The notes below the pieces were generated by a model. It was not told the DNA's origin. It saw only the letters and a list, made by a program, of their open reading frames with translations, and made no database searches. Position numbers and translations under genes: made by a program. Below, in pieces: positions 18,796 to 27,852 of a stretch of 64,000 nt of DNA. Origin of the DNA: a virus; the UHGV virus genome UHGV-2113617; one strand, written 5' to 3'. Position 1 is the first letter of the stretch, and each line of letters starts with the position of its first letter.

Positions 18796-19255
18796 TTGTT
18801 TTACCTAAAACAACAGTAGGAGCATCATCAAATTTATGAATTTTTAGCAAATTTGGATTTAAACTATTCCATAAAGAGGTAATAAAATATGATAGCGCAT
18901 TTTCTTCCGTAATTATAAATTTATTTCCCTTATCTATTTTCCAGTCATATATTGAATCATATGAATATAATGGCAACGGTTTATTGTTATAATATGCTTC
19001 AGCAACATCAATATAGTTAGATTTAGTAAATGCTTGAATTGACATAAATGGAGAATTTCGTACAGTTTCAATAATTCCGATCTTTTTAAGCTTTATTTCA
19101 ACATCTTCTGGAACTGGCATTGAAATAAAATCTTCTACTAGATACATGTTATTATCATATCTTTTATCAATCATTACTGCTACGGTAATTGGAACGTCTT
19201 TAGCAAACGACATACTATTACTGCTAATATACATTTCAAACAAAATCGCTTCCAT
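18770..19255 (-). CDS. hypothetical protein (161 aa), mrh position
   Basis: ATG 19253-19255 preceded by GAGGAAAAT. Confidence 0.5.
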   Translation of the reverse strand: MEAILFEMYISSNSMSFAKDVPITVAVMIDKRYDNNMYLVEDFISMPVPEDVEIKLKKIGIIETVRNSPFMSIQAFTKSNYIDVAEAYYNNKPLPLYSYDSIYDWKIDKGNKFIITEENALSYFITSLWNSLNPNLLKIHKFDDAPTVVLGKTNESSEENV

Positions 19256-19263
19256 AATTTTCC

Positions 19264-19605
19264 TCAATCACAAGATGTAGATGAACAACTAGAATCACAA
19301 GAACTTCCACATGAATCACCTGCCCATACATAAACAGGAACATTAGTGTCATATAAATCAGAACTAGACTGTGTATTCTGTGCATTAGATGATGCAGTAG
19401 GTGTTGACCAGCGCCAAGGATTTTTATAATATTCTTGGGCTTCTTCATAAGTCATAGTAACTGCTTCTACTGTTCCATCTCCCATATAAACATATTCAAC
19501 TACAGTTAAAGGAAGGTAGTCATTTGAAATAGGAACTACACCTTCTCCGGGAGTTGTAGAGAAAAAATCCGTAAAGAAACTTTTAAACCAATTAAAGATA
19601 AACAT
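19264..19605 (-). CDS. hypothetical protein with Cys/Ser-rich C-terminus
   Basis: ORF track 113 aa; C-term [18 protein letters not shown]. Confidence 0.5.
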   Translation of the reverse strand: MFIFNWFKSFFTDFFSTTPGEGVVPISNDYLPLTVVEYVYMGDGTVEAVTMTYEEAQEYYKNPWRWSTPTASSNAQNTQSSSDLYDTNVPVYVWAGDSCGSSCDSSCSSTSCD

Positions 19606-19811
19606 TACAAAAAGCCTCTTTTGAATTCGACTTGCTTTTCGCCATAATCATATCGAATCTCTGCATTAAATTCGACAGAACCATCTGCGTACATCATAAA
19701 TGAATGCACAACAACTTCTGTAGACCATGGCTGTAGTTCATATTTCTTCATTACATGCCGTGAAATGATAATATCTAAATCTTCATTTGGTTTAATCCAA
19801 CGATTTAACAT
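19605..19811 (-). CDS. hypothetical protein
   Basis: 68 aa; GAGGAGAG SD; downstream of the early promoter at 19838-19867. Confidence 0.5.
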   Translation of the reverse strand: MLNRWIKPNEDLDIIISRHVMKKYELQPWSTEVVVHSFMMYADGSVEFNAEIRYDYGEKQVEFKRGFL

Positions 19812-19837
19812 AGTGCTCTCCTCTATAAGATAATTCT

Positions 19838-19867
19838 ATTATACCATACTTGTTTTGGAAAGTAAAC
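19838..19867 (-). promoter_or_regulatory. early promoter just downstream of the soc terminator
   Basis: GTTTACtttccaaaacaagtaTGGTATAAT. Confidence 0.6.
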
Positions 19868-19873
19868 CGGTAA

Positions 19874-19903
19874 AATGAAAAAAGGACTCCCGAAGGAGTC
19901 CTT
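19874..19903 (-). terminator. intrinsic terminator after soc
   Basis: GGACTCC-CGAA-GGAGTCC stem-loop with U6 tract on minus transcript. Confidence 0.65.
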
Positions 19904-19909
19904 GAATTA

Positions 19910-20155
19910 TTAACCACCAGTTACTTTCCACAAATCTTCATTTGCAGTAATCCATGCAGCACGTTGATTTTCTTCATATACCGTAGAATATGCTGCTTTT
20001 TCTGAAGGGAATATCTGGTAATGAGCGCCAGAAATTTTGTGAACGTCAGAATAAAGAGGGAAAGCTACAGAAATTTCCTTTCCTTCAATTTTCTTATTTC
20101 CATCTAATTTCTGCTCAAATGTTTTAATATTAACATAACCGCGAGTACTAGCCAT
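19910..20155 (-). CDS. soc: small outer capsid protein Soc
   Basis: N-term MASTRGYVNIKTFEQKLDGNKKIEGKEISVAFPLYSDVHKISGAHYQ matches T4 Soc as recalled; late promoter 30 nt upstream. Confidence 0.9.
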   Translation of the reverse strand: MASTRGYVNIKTFEQKLDGNKKIEGKEISVAFPLYSDVHKISGAHYQIFPSEKAAYSTVYEENQRAAWITANEDLWKVTGG

Positions 20156-20185
20156 GTAATTCTCCTTTTATTTAAATTACATGAC

Positions 20186-20193
20186 TATTTATA
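20186..20193 (-). promoter_or_regulatory. late promoter TATAAATA upstream of soc
   Basis: Exact TATAAATA on minus strand about 30 nt before soc ATG; soc is a late gene in T4. Confidence 0.65.
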
Positions 20194-20237
20194 ATAAATT
20201 CTCACATCTTTTAAGTCATCGTTTAATAAACGAATTA

Positions 20238-20756
20238 TTAATAACCTCGGTCTTGACGAGCGAAGTTTTCAGCATTTTTTAGATAATAAAGTTTAAAGAT
20301 TTCTTCAGCCGTAAGACCGAGACCTTGGAACATGTTCAGAACGAAATGAAGAATATCAATCATTTCGAATTTAATTTCCAACTGGTCTTGCAGAGACAAA
20401 TCAGTAATTAGAGTTTCACGACGTTCACCATGCTGCGACTTCCAAGGCTTCCATACAGCAGATGCATCTTTTTCACCATTGCTCATACCACCAAGAGAAG
20501 TCAGAAGTTCGCGGAATTCATCATCAATATAATCTTTCTGATTACGCAACCAATCAACAACTTCACCTGCAGTAGCCAAATCATCAGGATGACGGTTATA
20601 TTCAGGTTTATCTTTAGCTAAACGAACCTGCAGAGATTTCTGCATGTCAAGCATAACTTGCAACGGGTCTTTTTCATCACCGAGAATATCCCAGTATTCA
20701 TTTTGAGCTTTATCAGCGCCTTCAATCAGTTGACTACATTCGTTGAAATGTGGCAT
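20238..20756 (-). CDS. 56: dCTP pyrophosphatase (dCTPase-dUTPase)
   Basis: 172 aa; ATG 20754-20756; MotA-box middle promoter upstream. Confidence 0.8.
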   Translation of the reverse strand: MPHFNECSQLIEGADKAQNEYWDILGDEKDPLQVMLDMQKSLQVRLAKDKPEYNRHPDDLATAGEVVDWLRNQKDYIDDEFRELLTSLGGMSNGEKDASAVWKPWKSQHGERRETLITDLSLQDQLEIKFEMIDILHFVLNMFQGLGLTAEEIFKLYYLKNAENFARQDRGY

Positions 20757-20792
20757 GTTATTTTTCCTTTCAATTCATGGGTTAGTAGATTA

Positions 20793-20817
20793 ATTATACA
20801 ATAAATATATAAAGCAA
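20793..20817 (-). promoter_or_regulatory. middle promoter (MotA box) upstream of gene 56
   Basis: Minus strand TTGCTTTA, 11-nt spacer, TATAAT. Confidence 0.55.
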
Positions 20818-20829
20818 TAAGGAGGATAT

Positions 20830-21030
20830 ATGGTACAAAAATTAATGGCACTTGTCGATGCCATAAAAGGTAATAAAAAACGTATAGCTTTTACTGTTTC
20901 TGCTATGGTAGGAATTTTACTCTGGAATTTTGTTTTATCACCAATTGCTATTGCTCATGGTGTTAATATTCCAGTAATTACTCTTGATACATTCGTAGAT
21001 TTAGCATTTGCTTTGGTTGGGTTAATTTAA
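20830..21030 (+). CDS. candidate plus-strand small membrane protein (66 aa)
   Basis: AAGGAGG SD 6 nt before ATG; two hydrophobic helices; lies in the only minus-ORF-free gap (56 to 61) but may be spurious. Confidence 0.3.
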   Translation: MVQKLMALVDAIKGNKKRIAFTVSAMVGILLWNFVLSPIAIAHGVNIPVITLDTFVDLAFALVGLI

Positions 21031-22055
21031 ATCTTAGCATATTTAGATAGCCGCATTTTAGCCATCAACCCTTGGGCAATATTATTTTTCATATATTCCA
21101 TAATTTGTTTAGGGGTTGCACCTTCCTTTCTAATCATATCATTAACATCTTTTGATTTCCAGGGAGATTTATCCCAAAACATAACCCTTTCTCCTGCATC
21201 AACTAATTTAGTCATTCGTTTAATAGTGTCAGGGTGACGAGGTTCATTATCTAAAACCCATACACGTCTATCTTTAAATGGAACAATTTCTAGGTCTAAT
21301 TGACCACCTGTAATAGCTATACCATTTTCAATAAAAAGTGAATCTATAGGTCCTTCTAGAACATATACATCACCATCTTTAACCCGTTCAACACCATAGA
21401 TTTTTGTTGCCTCAGGATAAGCCTTGATGGTGATATATTTTTGAGGAGCATCTTTCTTTAACGCACGTCCTTGAAAAGACTCAGCTTTTCCATTAGCATT
21501 ATAAATTGGAATAACAAGACGAGGCTCAGGTATTTCCTTTTTATATGTTCCTGGTGCTATACTATTAACTAATTTAGGCCATTCGGTTGTAAACCAAAGA
21601 TATTTCCATTTATCCTTTGGAATACAACGAGCTTTTACGTATTTTATAATTGGATGGTCTTCTGCCAGTTTATCTAATCTAATACATGACGGAAGAGATT
21701 TAATTATTTTCTTCTCAGGTTGTTTAGGAAGTTCTTTAGGTTTTTCTGCTGGACGACTTTTACCTTTTTCTTTTCTTATTTCAAAGATATACTCACGATA
21801 TAAATCGGGTTCAAACTCCTTTAAATATATTCCGATTGGTGCATGATAGTTACAGTTATAACAATGAATATTTCCTTCATTATTATCACCATAATACCAT
21901 CCACGAGCTTTATTTTGGTCGGTTTTTGAATCTCCACAAACAGGGCATCTAAACCGTAATTTAAAAGTTGAACTATTATTTACTTGTGTGAATTTAGGTA
22001 AATGAGCTAGCGCACGATATGCAAACTCATTATCAATCCAAGGTATTGATGACAT
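21027..22055 (-). CDS. 61: DNA primase (zinc ribbon plus TOPRIM)
   Basis: 342 aa as T4 gp61; ATG 22053-22055; CPVCGDSKTD...HCYNCNYH zinc finger. Confidence 0.9.
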   Translation of the reverse strand: MSSIPWIDNEFAYRALAHLPKFTQVNNSSTFKLRFRCPVCGDSKTDQNKARGWYYGDNNEGNIHCYNCNYHAPIGIYLKEFEPDLYREYIFEIRKEKGKSRPAEKPKELPKQPEKKIIKSLPSCIRLDKLAEDHPIIKYVKARCIPKDKWKYLWFTTEWPKLVNSIAPGTYKKEIPEPRLVIPIYNANGKAESFQGRALKKDAPQKYITIKAYPEATKIYGVERVKDGDVYVLEGPIDSLFIENGIAITGGQLDLEIVPFKDRRVWVLDNEPRHPDTIKRMTKLVDAGERVMFWDKSPWKSKDVNDMIRKEGATPKQIMEYMKNNIAQGLMAKMRLSKYAKI

Positions 22056-22058
22056 TTT

Positions 22059-22223
22059 TTACTCTTCTTTTTCTTTAGATTCCTCTTTTTTCTTTTTAGG
22101 AATCTGTTCAGGACCTTTATTTACTACAGCGCCTGACGTTGTTCCAGTAGAGATATTTTCAGGATTACCACCTGAATCTCCAGCTACCATATCTTCTTTA
22201 ATAAATTCTTTAAACGTTTTCAT
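22059..22223 (-). CDS. hypothetical small protein (54 aa), 61.1 position
   Basis: Manual translation MKTFKEFIKEDMVAGDSGGNPENISTG...KKKKEESKEKEE; GAGG SD; below track cutoff. Confidence 0.35.
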   Translation of the reverse strand: MKTFKEFIKEDMVAGDSGGNPENISTGTTSGAVVNKGPEQIPKKKKEESKEKEE

Positions 22224-22235
22224 ATTAGCCTCTAA

Positions 22236-22529
22236 TTATTCACCTACCACTTCAGCGATGATATTTTTATTATTGAAGTTTTTATCACAATACAGAACGT
22301 AATTATACTGCATTACACCACCAGACTTAAGTTGTTTTTGTACTTCAGCTTTCATTTCAGGGCGATCACGCTCAACGATATTCATAATATCTGCTTCAAT
22401 CTGAGTTTCAACCTCAGTCTGATCTGCAGTCATAGACCATTCACACAAATCTTTGTCATAACCCGCCATAGCAGGCTGGGCAGCACAAGAAGATAAAGCA
22501 AAAATTGCAGCAAAGATAAATTTTTTCAT
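22236..22529 (-). CDS. sp: periplasmic Spackle-like protein
   Basis: 97 aa as T4 Sp; signal peptide MKKFIFAAIFALSSCAAQPAMA; AGGAG SD. Confidence 0.7.
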   Translation of the reverse strand: MKKFIFAAIFALSSCAAQPAMAGYDKDLCEWSMTADQTEVETQIEADIMNIVERDRPEMKAEVQKQLKSGGVMQYNYVLYCDKNFNNKNIIAEVVGE

Positions 22530-22589
22530 GATAATCTCCTCAGTAGTTTATGTTTATATAGTATCTCAATTTCCAATAAAAGTAAACAA

Positions 22590-22889
22590 TTATTTTAAAA
22601 CTTCTGCATAATCACATGTTGCAAACTGTTTCTCTAACTTGGCGATTTTACGAAAGTATCTTTTGCATTGACGAATCTGTCGCTTCGTAGGGCGCACAGC
22701 AAACTTAATAAATTCCACTCGACCAAATGGAGGACTTTCTTCTGCCGGAATATCTAATACTAATTCCCACGTATCTGCAATAAGTGCTTTGAATTGAGTA
22801 TTTTTCCTGACGTTATGTGGAGTAGGTTTAAATAAAACAATATGCATATTATCCTCGGTAATCAACTTCACATACTTTCTTGTCATCAA
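22590..22889 (-). CDS. hypothetical protein (61.4 position)
   Basis: ORF track 99 aa; overlaps the next ORF by about 40 nt. Confidence 0.45.
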   Translation of the reverse strand: MMTRKYVKLITEDNMHIVLFKPTPHNVRKNTQFKALIADTWELVLDIPAEESPPFGRVEFIKFAVRPTKRQIRQCKRYFRKIAKLEKQFATCDYAEVLK

Positions 22890-23031
22890 TGAAAGCTTTA
22901 ACTAATGCTTTATTAACTTCAGCATATTGAGTAGTAGCCCATTGAACGTCATCTTTCATCATTGTGATTTCTTTAGTAAACATGCTTTCGTTCTTAAACC
23001 ACCCCATAAAAACTACCTTTACCAATTCCAT
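22849..23031 (-). CDS. dmd: Dmd-like antitoxin (inhibitor of RnlA/LsoA-type toxins), assigned by size and position
   Basis: 60 aa; ATG 23029-23031 with GAGGAG SD; directly downstream of the early promoter at 23061-23090. Confidence 0.5.
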   Translation of the reverse strand: MELVKVVFMGWFKNESMFTKEITMMKDDVQWATTQYAEVNKALVKAFIDDKKVCEVDYRG

Positions 23032-23060
23032 AACAATCTCCTCATTTAACCGACAAGACT

Positions 23061-23090
23061 ACTATACCATAGTCTTGTCAGCTTGTAAAC
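23061..23090 (-). promoter_or_regulatory. early promoter upstream of dmd-like ORF
   Basis: GTTTACaagctgacaagactatggTATAGT; 9-bp inverted repeat GACAAGACT/AGTCTTGTC flanks the -10. Confidence 0.55.
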
Positions 23091-24517
23091 TAAAATTTTA
23101 ATTCATTTGCCAAAGCATCTAACTGGGCTCGAGTAGATTCATTTCTTTGATAGCGATTCTGCTCAGCTTGTATCTGTTGTGAACCTGCTACTTCGTTCAC
23201 TTCAGTTGGAGTAGAATCTTGTTCAATTTCTACCCATTTCTGATTTCCTTTTTGAACACCCATTAAAAACTTATTCCATTTATTCTTATCACCATATCGT
23301 GATTTGATTTGCTTGATGAGTTGTTGTTCAGCAGCTGCTAACTCCTCGGTTTCAATGACCGCAAGCATAAAATCGGCTGTTGCTGGAAGACCGGCGGATT
23401 CTGCAATATCGCTCATGTTAACATCAGAAGAATCCCAAGCTTGTTTACCAACCTGTGCTGCAGTCCAAAGAACAGTTTCGGTTTCAACAGCCAGAGCACG
23501 CAATTCCTCTGCAATGGCTTTAACAGTTGTGTAACTATTTTCTGAGTAAACTCTGATGCGGCAAGATTTACAAATACCAAGATAGTCGACAATAATGATT
23601 GTTGGAACAAAATTCTTCTTGAGCTTTAATTCGTTTAAAAGAGATCGAAATGTATTAGCGTCTGCTCCACCAGTAGGATACTGTTTAACGATTAAACGGC
23701 CGAGAGTAGATTTCTCACGCCATTTTTCCATTTTTCCTTTATACTCAGCGTAAGAAATATGCCCATCATCAATGTCATCAAGAGAAACATCAAGCATATT
23801 AGCGTCAATACGTTTAGCACAGACTTCTTCTGCCATTTCCATGGAAATGTAAAGAACATTATGACCGAGCTGTAAATAATCTGCTGCCAATGAACACAGA
23901 CCTAATGACTTACCAACGTTAACGCCAGCCATTAAAACGTTCAGTGTTCCAGTCTCAGCTCCGCCTTTAGTAATTTTATTTAGAATTTTGAGTTTAAATG
24001 GAACCTTACGAGCTTTATTCATATAAGATAGCCAACGTGCTTCATAGTCATCCATCCAATCATGACCAACGTAACTATCAAATGAAATTGATAATGCTTG
24101 GCGCATGATGTCAGGAATAGCACCAACATCCGGCATTTTCTTATTTCGTTTTTCCGGAGGAAGCTCAGCATTAGTTTGAATTTCAATTATTTTAGACGTA
24201 GCATTAAACATCGCCCTTTGCTGAACATATTTTTCTGTTTCTTTTACTAACCAGCTGTGGTCTTCTGGAGAATCGGCTAGTTTTGAAATAAGTGTTTTTA
24301 CACCAGAATATTCTGTTTCAGTAAATGAACTATTTTCTAATGCAACATTTAACGCATTAATAGATGGAACGCTATGATACTCATTAACATGAGATTTAAT
24401 TAATTTGAATGTATTTTTAGCTGGACCACTTTCAAAATATTCTGAATCCATATATGGCCAAACTTTTGAAAAATAAGCTTGATCAAATATGAGATGAGAA
24501 AGAATAATTTCTACCAC
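23090..24517 (-). CDS. 41: replicative DNA helicase (DnaB-like)
   Basis: 475 aa as T4 gp41; apparent GTG start at 24515-24517 preceded by AAGGAG. Confidence 0.9.
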   Translation of the reverse strand: MVEIILSHLIFDQAYFSKVWPYMDSEYFESGPAKNTFKLIKSHVNEYHSVPSINALNVALENSSFTETEYSGVKTLISKLADSPEDHSWLVKETEKYVQQRAMFNATSKIIEIQTNAELPPEKRNKKMPDVGAIPDIMRQALSISFDSYVGHDWMDDYEARWLSYMNKARKVPFKLKILNKITKGGAETGTLNVLMAGVNVGKSLGLCSLAADYLQLGHNVLYISMEMAEEVCAKRIDANMLDVSLDDIDDGHISYAEYKGKMEKWREKSTLGRLIVKQYPTGGADANTFRSLLNELKLKKNFVPTIIIVDYLGICKSCRIRVYSENSYTTVKAIAEELRALAVETETVLWTAAQVGKQAWDSSDVNMSDIAESAGLPATADFMLAVIETEELAAAEQQLIKQIKSRYGDKNKWNKFLMGVQKGNQKWVEIEQDSTPTEVNEVAGSQQIQAEQNRYQRNESTRAQLDALANELKF

Positions 24518-24526
24518 ACTTACTCC

Positions 24527-24871
24527 TTAAAAGAATTTAAATTTTTTCTTTGACCTTTTATTAAATGCATCGTGTAGTTGCATTGTAATACATTTTTCTA
24601 CATGAGGAGCTAACTCAGCTTTTCTTTCTTGGTCAAGAACAGCAAAGTCCATTACGACTTTTCCATCAACCCAATCTAATTTTGTCACATACACAATGTG
24701 TGTAGAACCATCTTCTAGTTTAATGACAATCTCCTGGATAACATTTTCCATGGCAGATTTAATTATCTTAAGAGATTCATTAAAAAGACGTTCTTTTCTT
24801 TCTTCTTCCCCCTCCGAAGAGGGGGATTCGTCGATAATTTCTAGATCTAAATCTAAATCATCTTTATTCAT
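24527..24871 (-). CDS. 40: head vertex assembly chaperone gp40
   Basis: 114 aa from ATG 24869-24871 (track gives 120 aa from GTG); start choice uncertain. Confidence 0.55.
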   Translation of the reverse strand: MNKDDLDLDLEIIDESPSSEGEEERKERLFNESLKIIKSAMENVIQEIVIKLEDGSTHIVYVTKLDWVDGKVVMDFAVLDQERKAELAPHVEKCITMQLHDAFNKRSKKKFKFF

Positions 24872-26045
24872 TAAATTCTTCCATATCACTTAACTGATCT
24901 AGGTCAGTTTCTAAATCAGCTGCTGATTTACTTTTACTTTCTGGAGATTTAAATTTTTCAACCTTTGAGTTAATCAATTCATCAACTTCAGCTTCAACAA
25001 TTTCATTACTATCAATAGCACCTAATTGATAAGCACGTTTAATAGCATCTCGGAATGGCTGATGCTTAAATAAAGGACCCCAGAATGTAGTGCAATTGGT
25101 ATCTTTTGCACGCCAAGATTTTTCTTCGCGAATCATCTCGCCGGTTTCTTCATCAAGAAATTCACGAGCATACCAGCCATTTTTAGGTTTTACTACAAAT
25201 CCTAATTCAAGAGCCATGTCTAACAATCCAGAATAAGGATCGATACCACCGTCAAATTTAACATCAATAAAGAATTTACTTTTTTCTTTGACGGTACGAG
25301 ATTTTTCTACATTTAGAACAAATTGATACCCCTGAAGATCAGAACCATCTTTAATCTGACGCTTACCGATAATGAATACAGTATCAGCCGAATACATTAC
25401 GCCTGTACCACCTGTCATCACGGTTTTACTAAACATTTCAATTGTTTCAATTGTATGGTTAACCGCAACACATGGAATGTTTTTAATACTAAAATAAGGA
25501 GTAACAATACGGAATAATGACTTCAGTGATTTAGCACGAGTCATATCTGCCACAGATTTTTCATTCAAGGCATCTTCCGTTTCTTTCTTAGAAGCCATAT
25601 TACCGATTGAGTCGATGAATACAATAACTTTTTCACCGCGCTCAATAGCTTCAAGCTGATTCACCATATCAATTTTCAGTTGTTCAACTGACTGAATTGG
25701 CGTATGAATTACTCGTTCCGGGTCAACTCCCATGGATCGCAAATAAGCTGGAGTAATACCAAATTCGCTATCATAGAATAAACAAACCGCATCAGGATAT
25801 TTGTTCAAATACGCCGCAACCATAGTCAAAGACATATTTGATTTAAAGTGTTTAGAAGGACCTGCAAAAATGGTTAAACCAGACTGCATTCCACCATCAA
25901 TCGCACCGGAAATAGCAATATTAAGCATTGGAATTTTTGTACGGATTACATCCTTTTCATTAAAGAACTTAGATGTAGTCAGTTCAGCAGTCATTTTAGA
26001 AGTGGAAGCTTTAATCAAACGGGATTTTAAATCTGCAATAGACAT
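24864..26045 (-). CDS. uvsX: UvsX recombinase (RecA-like)
   Basis: 393 aa; ATG 26043-26045; N-term MSIADLKSRLIKASTSKMTAELTTSKFFNEK. Confidence 0.9.
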   Translation of the reverse strand: MSIADLKSRLIKASTSKMTAELTTSKFFNEKDVIRTKIPMLNIAISGAIDGGMQSGLTIFAGPSKHFKSNMSLTMVAAYLNKYPDAVCLFYDSEFGITPAYLRSMGVDPERVIHTPIQSVEQLKIDMVNQLEAIERGEKVIVFIDSIGNMASKKETEDALNEKSVADMTRAKSLKSLFRIVTPYFSIKNIPCVAVNHTIETIEMFSKTVMTGGTGVMYSADTVFIIGKRQIKDGSDLQGYQFVLNVEKSRTVKEKSKFFIDVKFDGGIDPYSGLLDMALELGFVVKPKNGWYAREFLDEETGEMIREEKSWRAKDTNCTTFWGPLFKHQPFRDAIKRAYQLGAIDSNEIVEAEVDELINSKVEKFKSPESKSKSAADLETDLDQLSDMEEFNE

Positions 26046-26122
26046 TCATTTTTTCCATAGGCATCATTATATTTTCCTCACTGGTTAAAGATAGGGTAAT
26101 TATAACACAATAAATTTAGGCA

Positions 26123-26968
26123 TTAATCAACTGCTATTGGATGAATAGCATTAAACTTATGAAACGCTTCTGATTTTTCTTTGCGCGAAACACACATGCG
26201 AAGAACCTTTAATGGCTCGTCTTCTTCACCCAACGATTTTCTCTTTTCAATATTCGATGTTTTCCAACGAGCTTGCTCTGGAAACTCTCTATTGATTTGC
26301 TCAAGCGCTCTATTATGTTTTGAATTACTACGAATTGAACTACATCCGCCTGGAGCTTGTGCTTTTCCAGATACAACCAGATATTTGAACAAGGCCAAAT
26401 GCGGATAACCTTGATTAATTAAATTGAGAAATGCATACATATCTTCGCATAAATCAATTTTTCCATACCCAATTTGTTCTGTTGTAAGTTTTCCTAAATC
26501 ATACCATGTATTCGTGAATCCATATGAATTTTCACGATAATTACCCCAAGATGAAGTAATTTTAAAAATTGGTAAACGGGCATGACCATGATAATACCCG
26601 CAATCCATGGCATCTTCAACGTATTGAATCAATTCATAGAACTGTTCACGAGTTAACTGATTAATTTTATCTACGCAGCGACGATCATCTTTCTTTCGCA
26701 TTGAACTCATACGAATAGTAGTATCATCGATCATCCAAATTCGTTGACCTGCATACATATCAGTAATTGCTTTACGAGTTCCAGCAATTCCATTTACATC
26801 ATCAGGAATAACTACAATTTTAGCTCTAGACCCATAAGCATCATAATAAGCTTTTTCTTCGTGTTCACGTACTACAATATGAGGTTCATAATCAGTCGGA
26901 AACATATCAAGGGCAGAAACTGCCCCTACGCGTTGATAGCTTGGAATTACGAATTGAATCATTTCCAC
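26123..26968 (-). CDS. putative glycosyltransferase at the beta-gt locus (possibly a T2/T6-type beta-alpha-glucosyltransferase)
   Basis: 281 aa; shorter than and unlike T4 beta-gt (351 aa) as recalled; contains IDDTT (DxD-like) motif; between uvsX and 42. Confidence 0.45.
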   Translation of the reverse strand: MEMIQFVIPSYQRVGAVSALDMFPTDYEPHIVVREHEEKAYYDAYGSRAKIVVIPDDVNGIAGTRKAITDMYAGQRIWMIDDTTIRMSSMRKKDDRRCVDKINQLTREQFYELIQYVEDAMDCGYYHGHARLPIFKITSSWGNYRENSYGFTNTWYDLGKLTTEQIGYGKIDLCEDMYAFLNLINQGYPHLALFKYLVVSGKAQAPGGCSSIRSNSKHNRALEQINREFPEQARWKTSNIEKRKSLGEEDEPLKVLRMCVSRKEKSEAFHKFNAIHPIAVD

Positions 26969-27699
26969 TCACCGTTATAATCTTTTTTCGCAATATGAGT
27001 TTCGCCAGTTTTCCACCAATGGTCAACCAAATAAAAATGACGAGAATACACATGAAGGCTTCCGACATTCCATATAATGGAACCTGCTTTATACTGACGA
27101 GTTGAATCACCTGCATTCAAATCAGATACTAATTTATCTAGTACGTATTTTTGCCATGCATAATCATTACGGAATCCGAAGACCACGTCATTTGAACGCA
27201 TGCTTACTACTGCATTGACTTTCTTATCACGAATCAGGTACTGTACTGTATTCGTACACATGAAATCTGACATACCATCTTTGTTGTAGTCAAACTGCAT
27301 GGATGGACGAGTATAAATCATGATACCACGTCGAGAATCAGGATTTTGACCAAGTTCAGCTAAACACATATCATACTGAGCATAGTTATCTTCTGACCAG
27401 ATGGCCCAACCATAATTTGAGTTAATTTCACCTTTAGAAGATGCCACCTGCTGCCAAATCTTTGGCGTTTCACCTGGAATATCTTTAACAAACAAACTTT
27501 TAGATTTATACCATTCAAGTTCACGCTGAATGTATTCATCATTAAGAGCGCCAAAAATAAAAGGTTCATCTGCTACAAATGATGCACCAATAATTTCAAT
27601 AGTTTTAACACCGGTTTTATCAATTACGAAATCTTTTTCCTTTAATGCAATTCCCAAATGAAGACGGATTTCTTCAACTGTCATAGAGTCATTAATCAT
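26959..27699 (-). CDS. 42: dCMP hydroxymethylase
   Basis: 246 aa as T4 gp42; ATG 27697-27699; N-term MINDSMTVEEIRLHLG. Confidence 0.9.
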   Translation of the reverse strand: MINDSMTVEEIRLHLGIALKEKDFVIDKTGVKTIEIIGASFVADEPFIFGALNDEYIQRELEWYKSKSLFVKDIPGETPKIWQQVASSKGEINSNYGWAIWSEDNYAQYDMCLAELGQNPDSRRGIMIYTRPSMQFDYNKDGMSDFMCTNTVQYLIRDKKVNAVVSMRSNDVVFGFRNDYAWQKYVLDKLVSDLNAGDSTRQYKAGSIIWNVGSLHVYSRHFYLVDHWWKTGETHIAKKDYNGEWK

Positions 27700-27852
27700 T
27701 TAAACCTCAATTGATGCATTCATATTTAACTTGTAACAGTAATAAACTCCACCCTATAATAAGTGTTGGAATCATACAAGGAACTGTTACGCTATAGTAT
27801 ATACTTATTATAATCATCAAGATTAAAAGCAATACTGCTAAAATTTTGCTTT

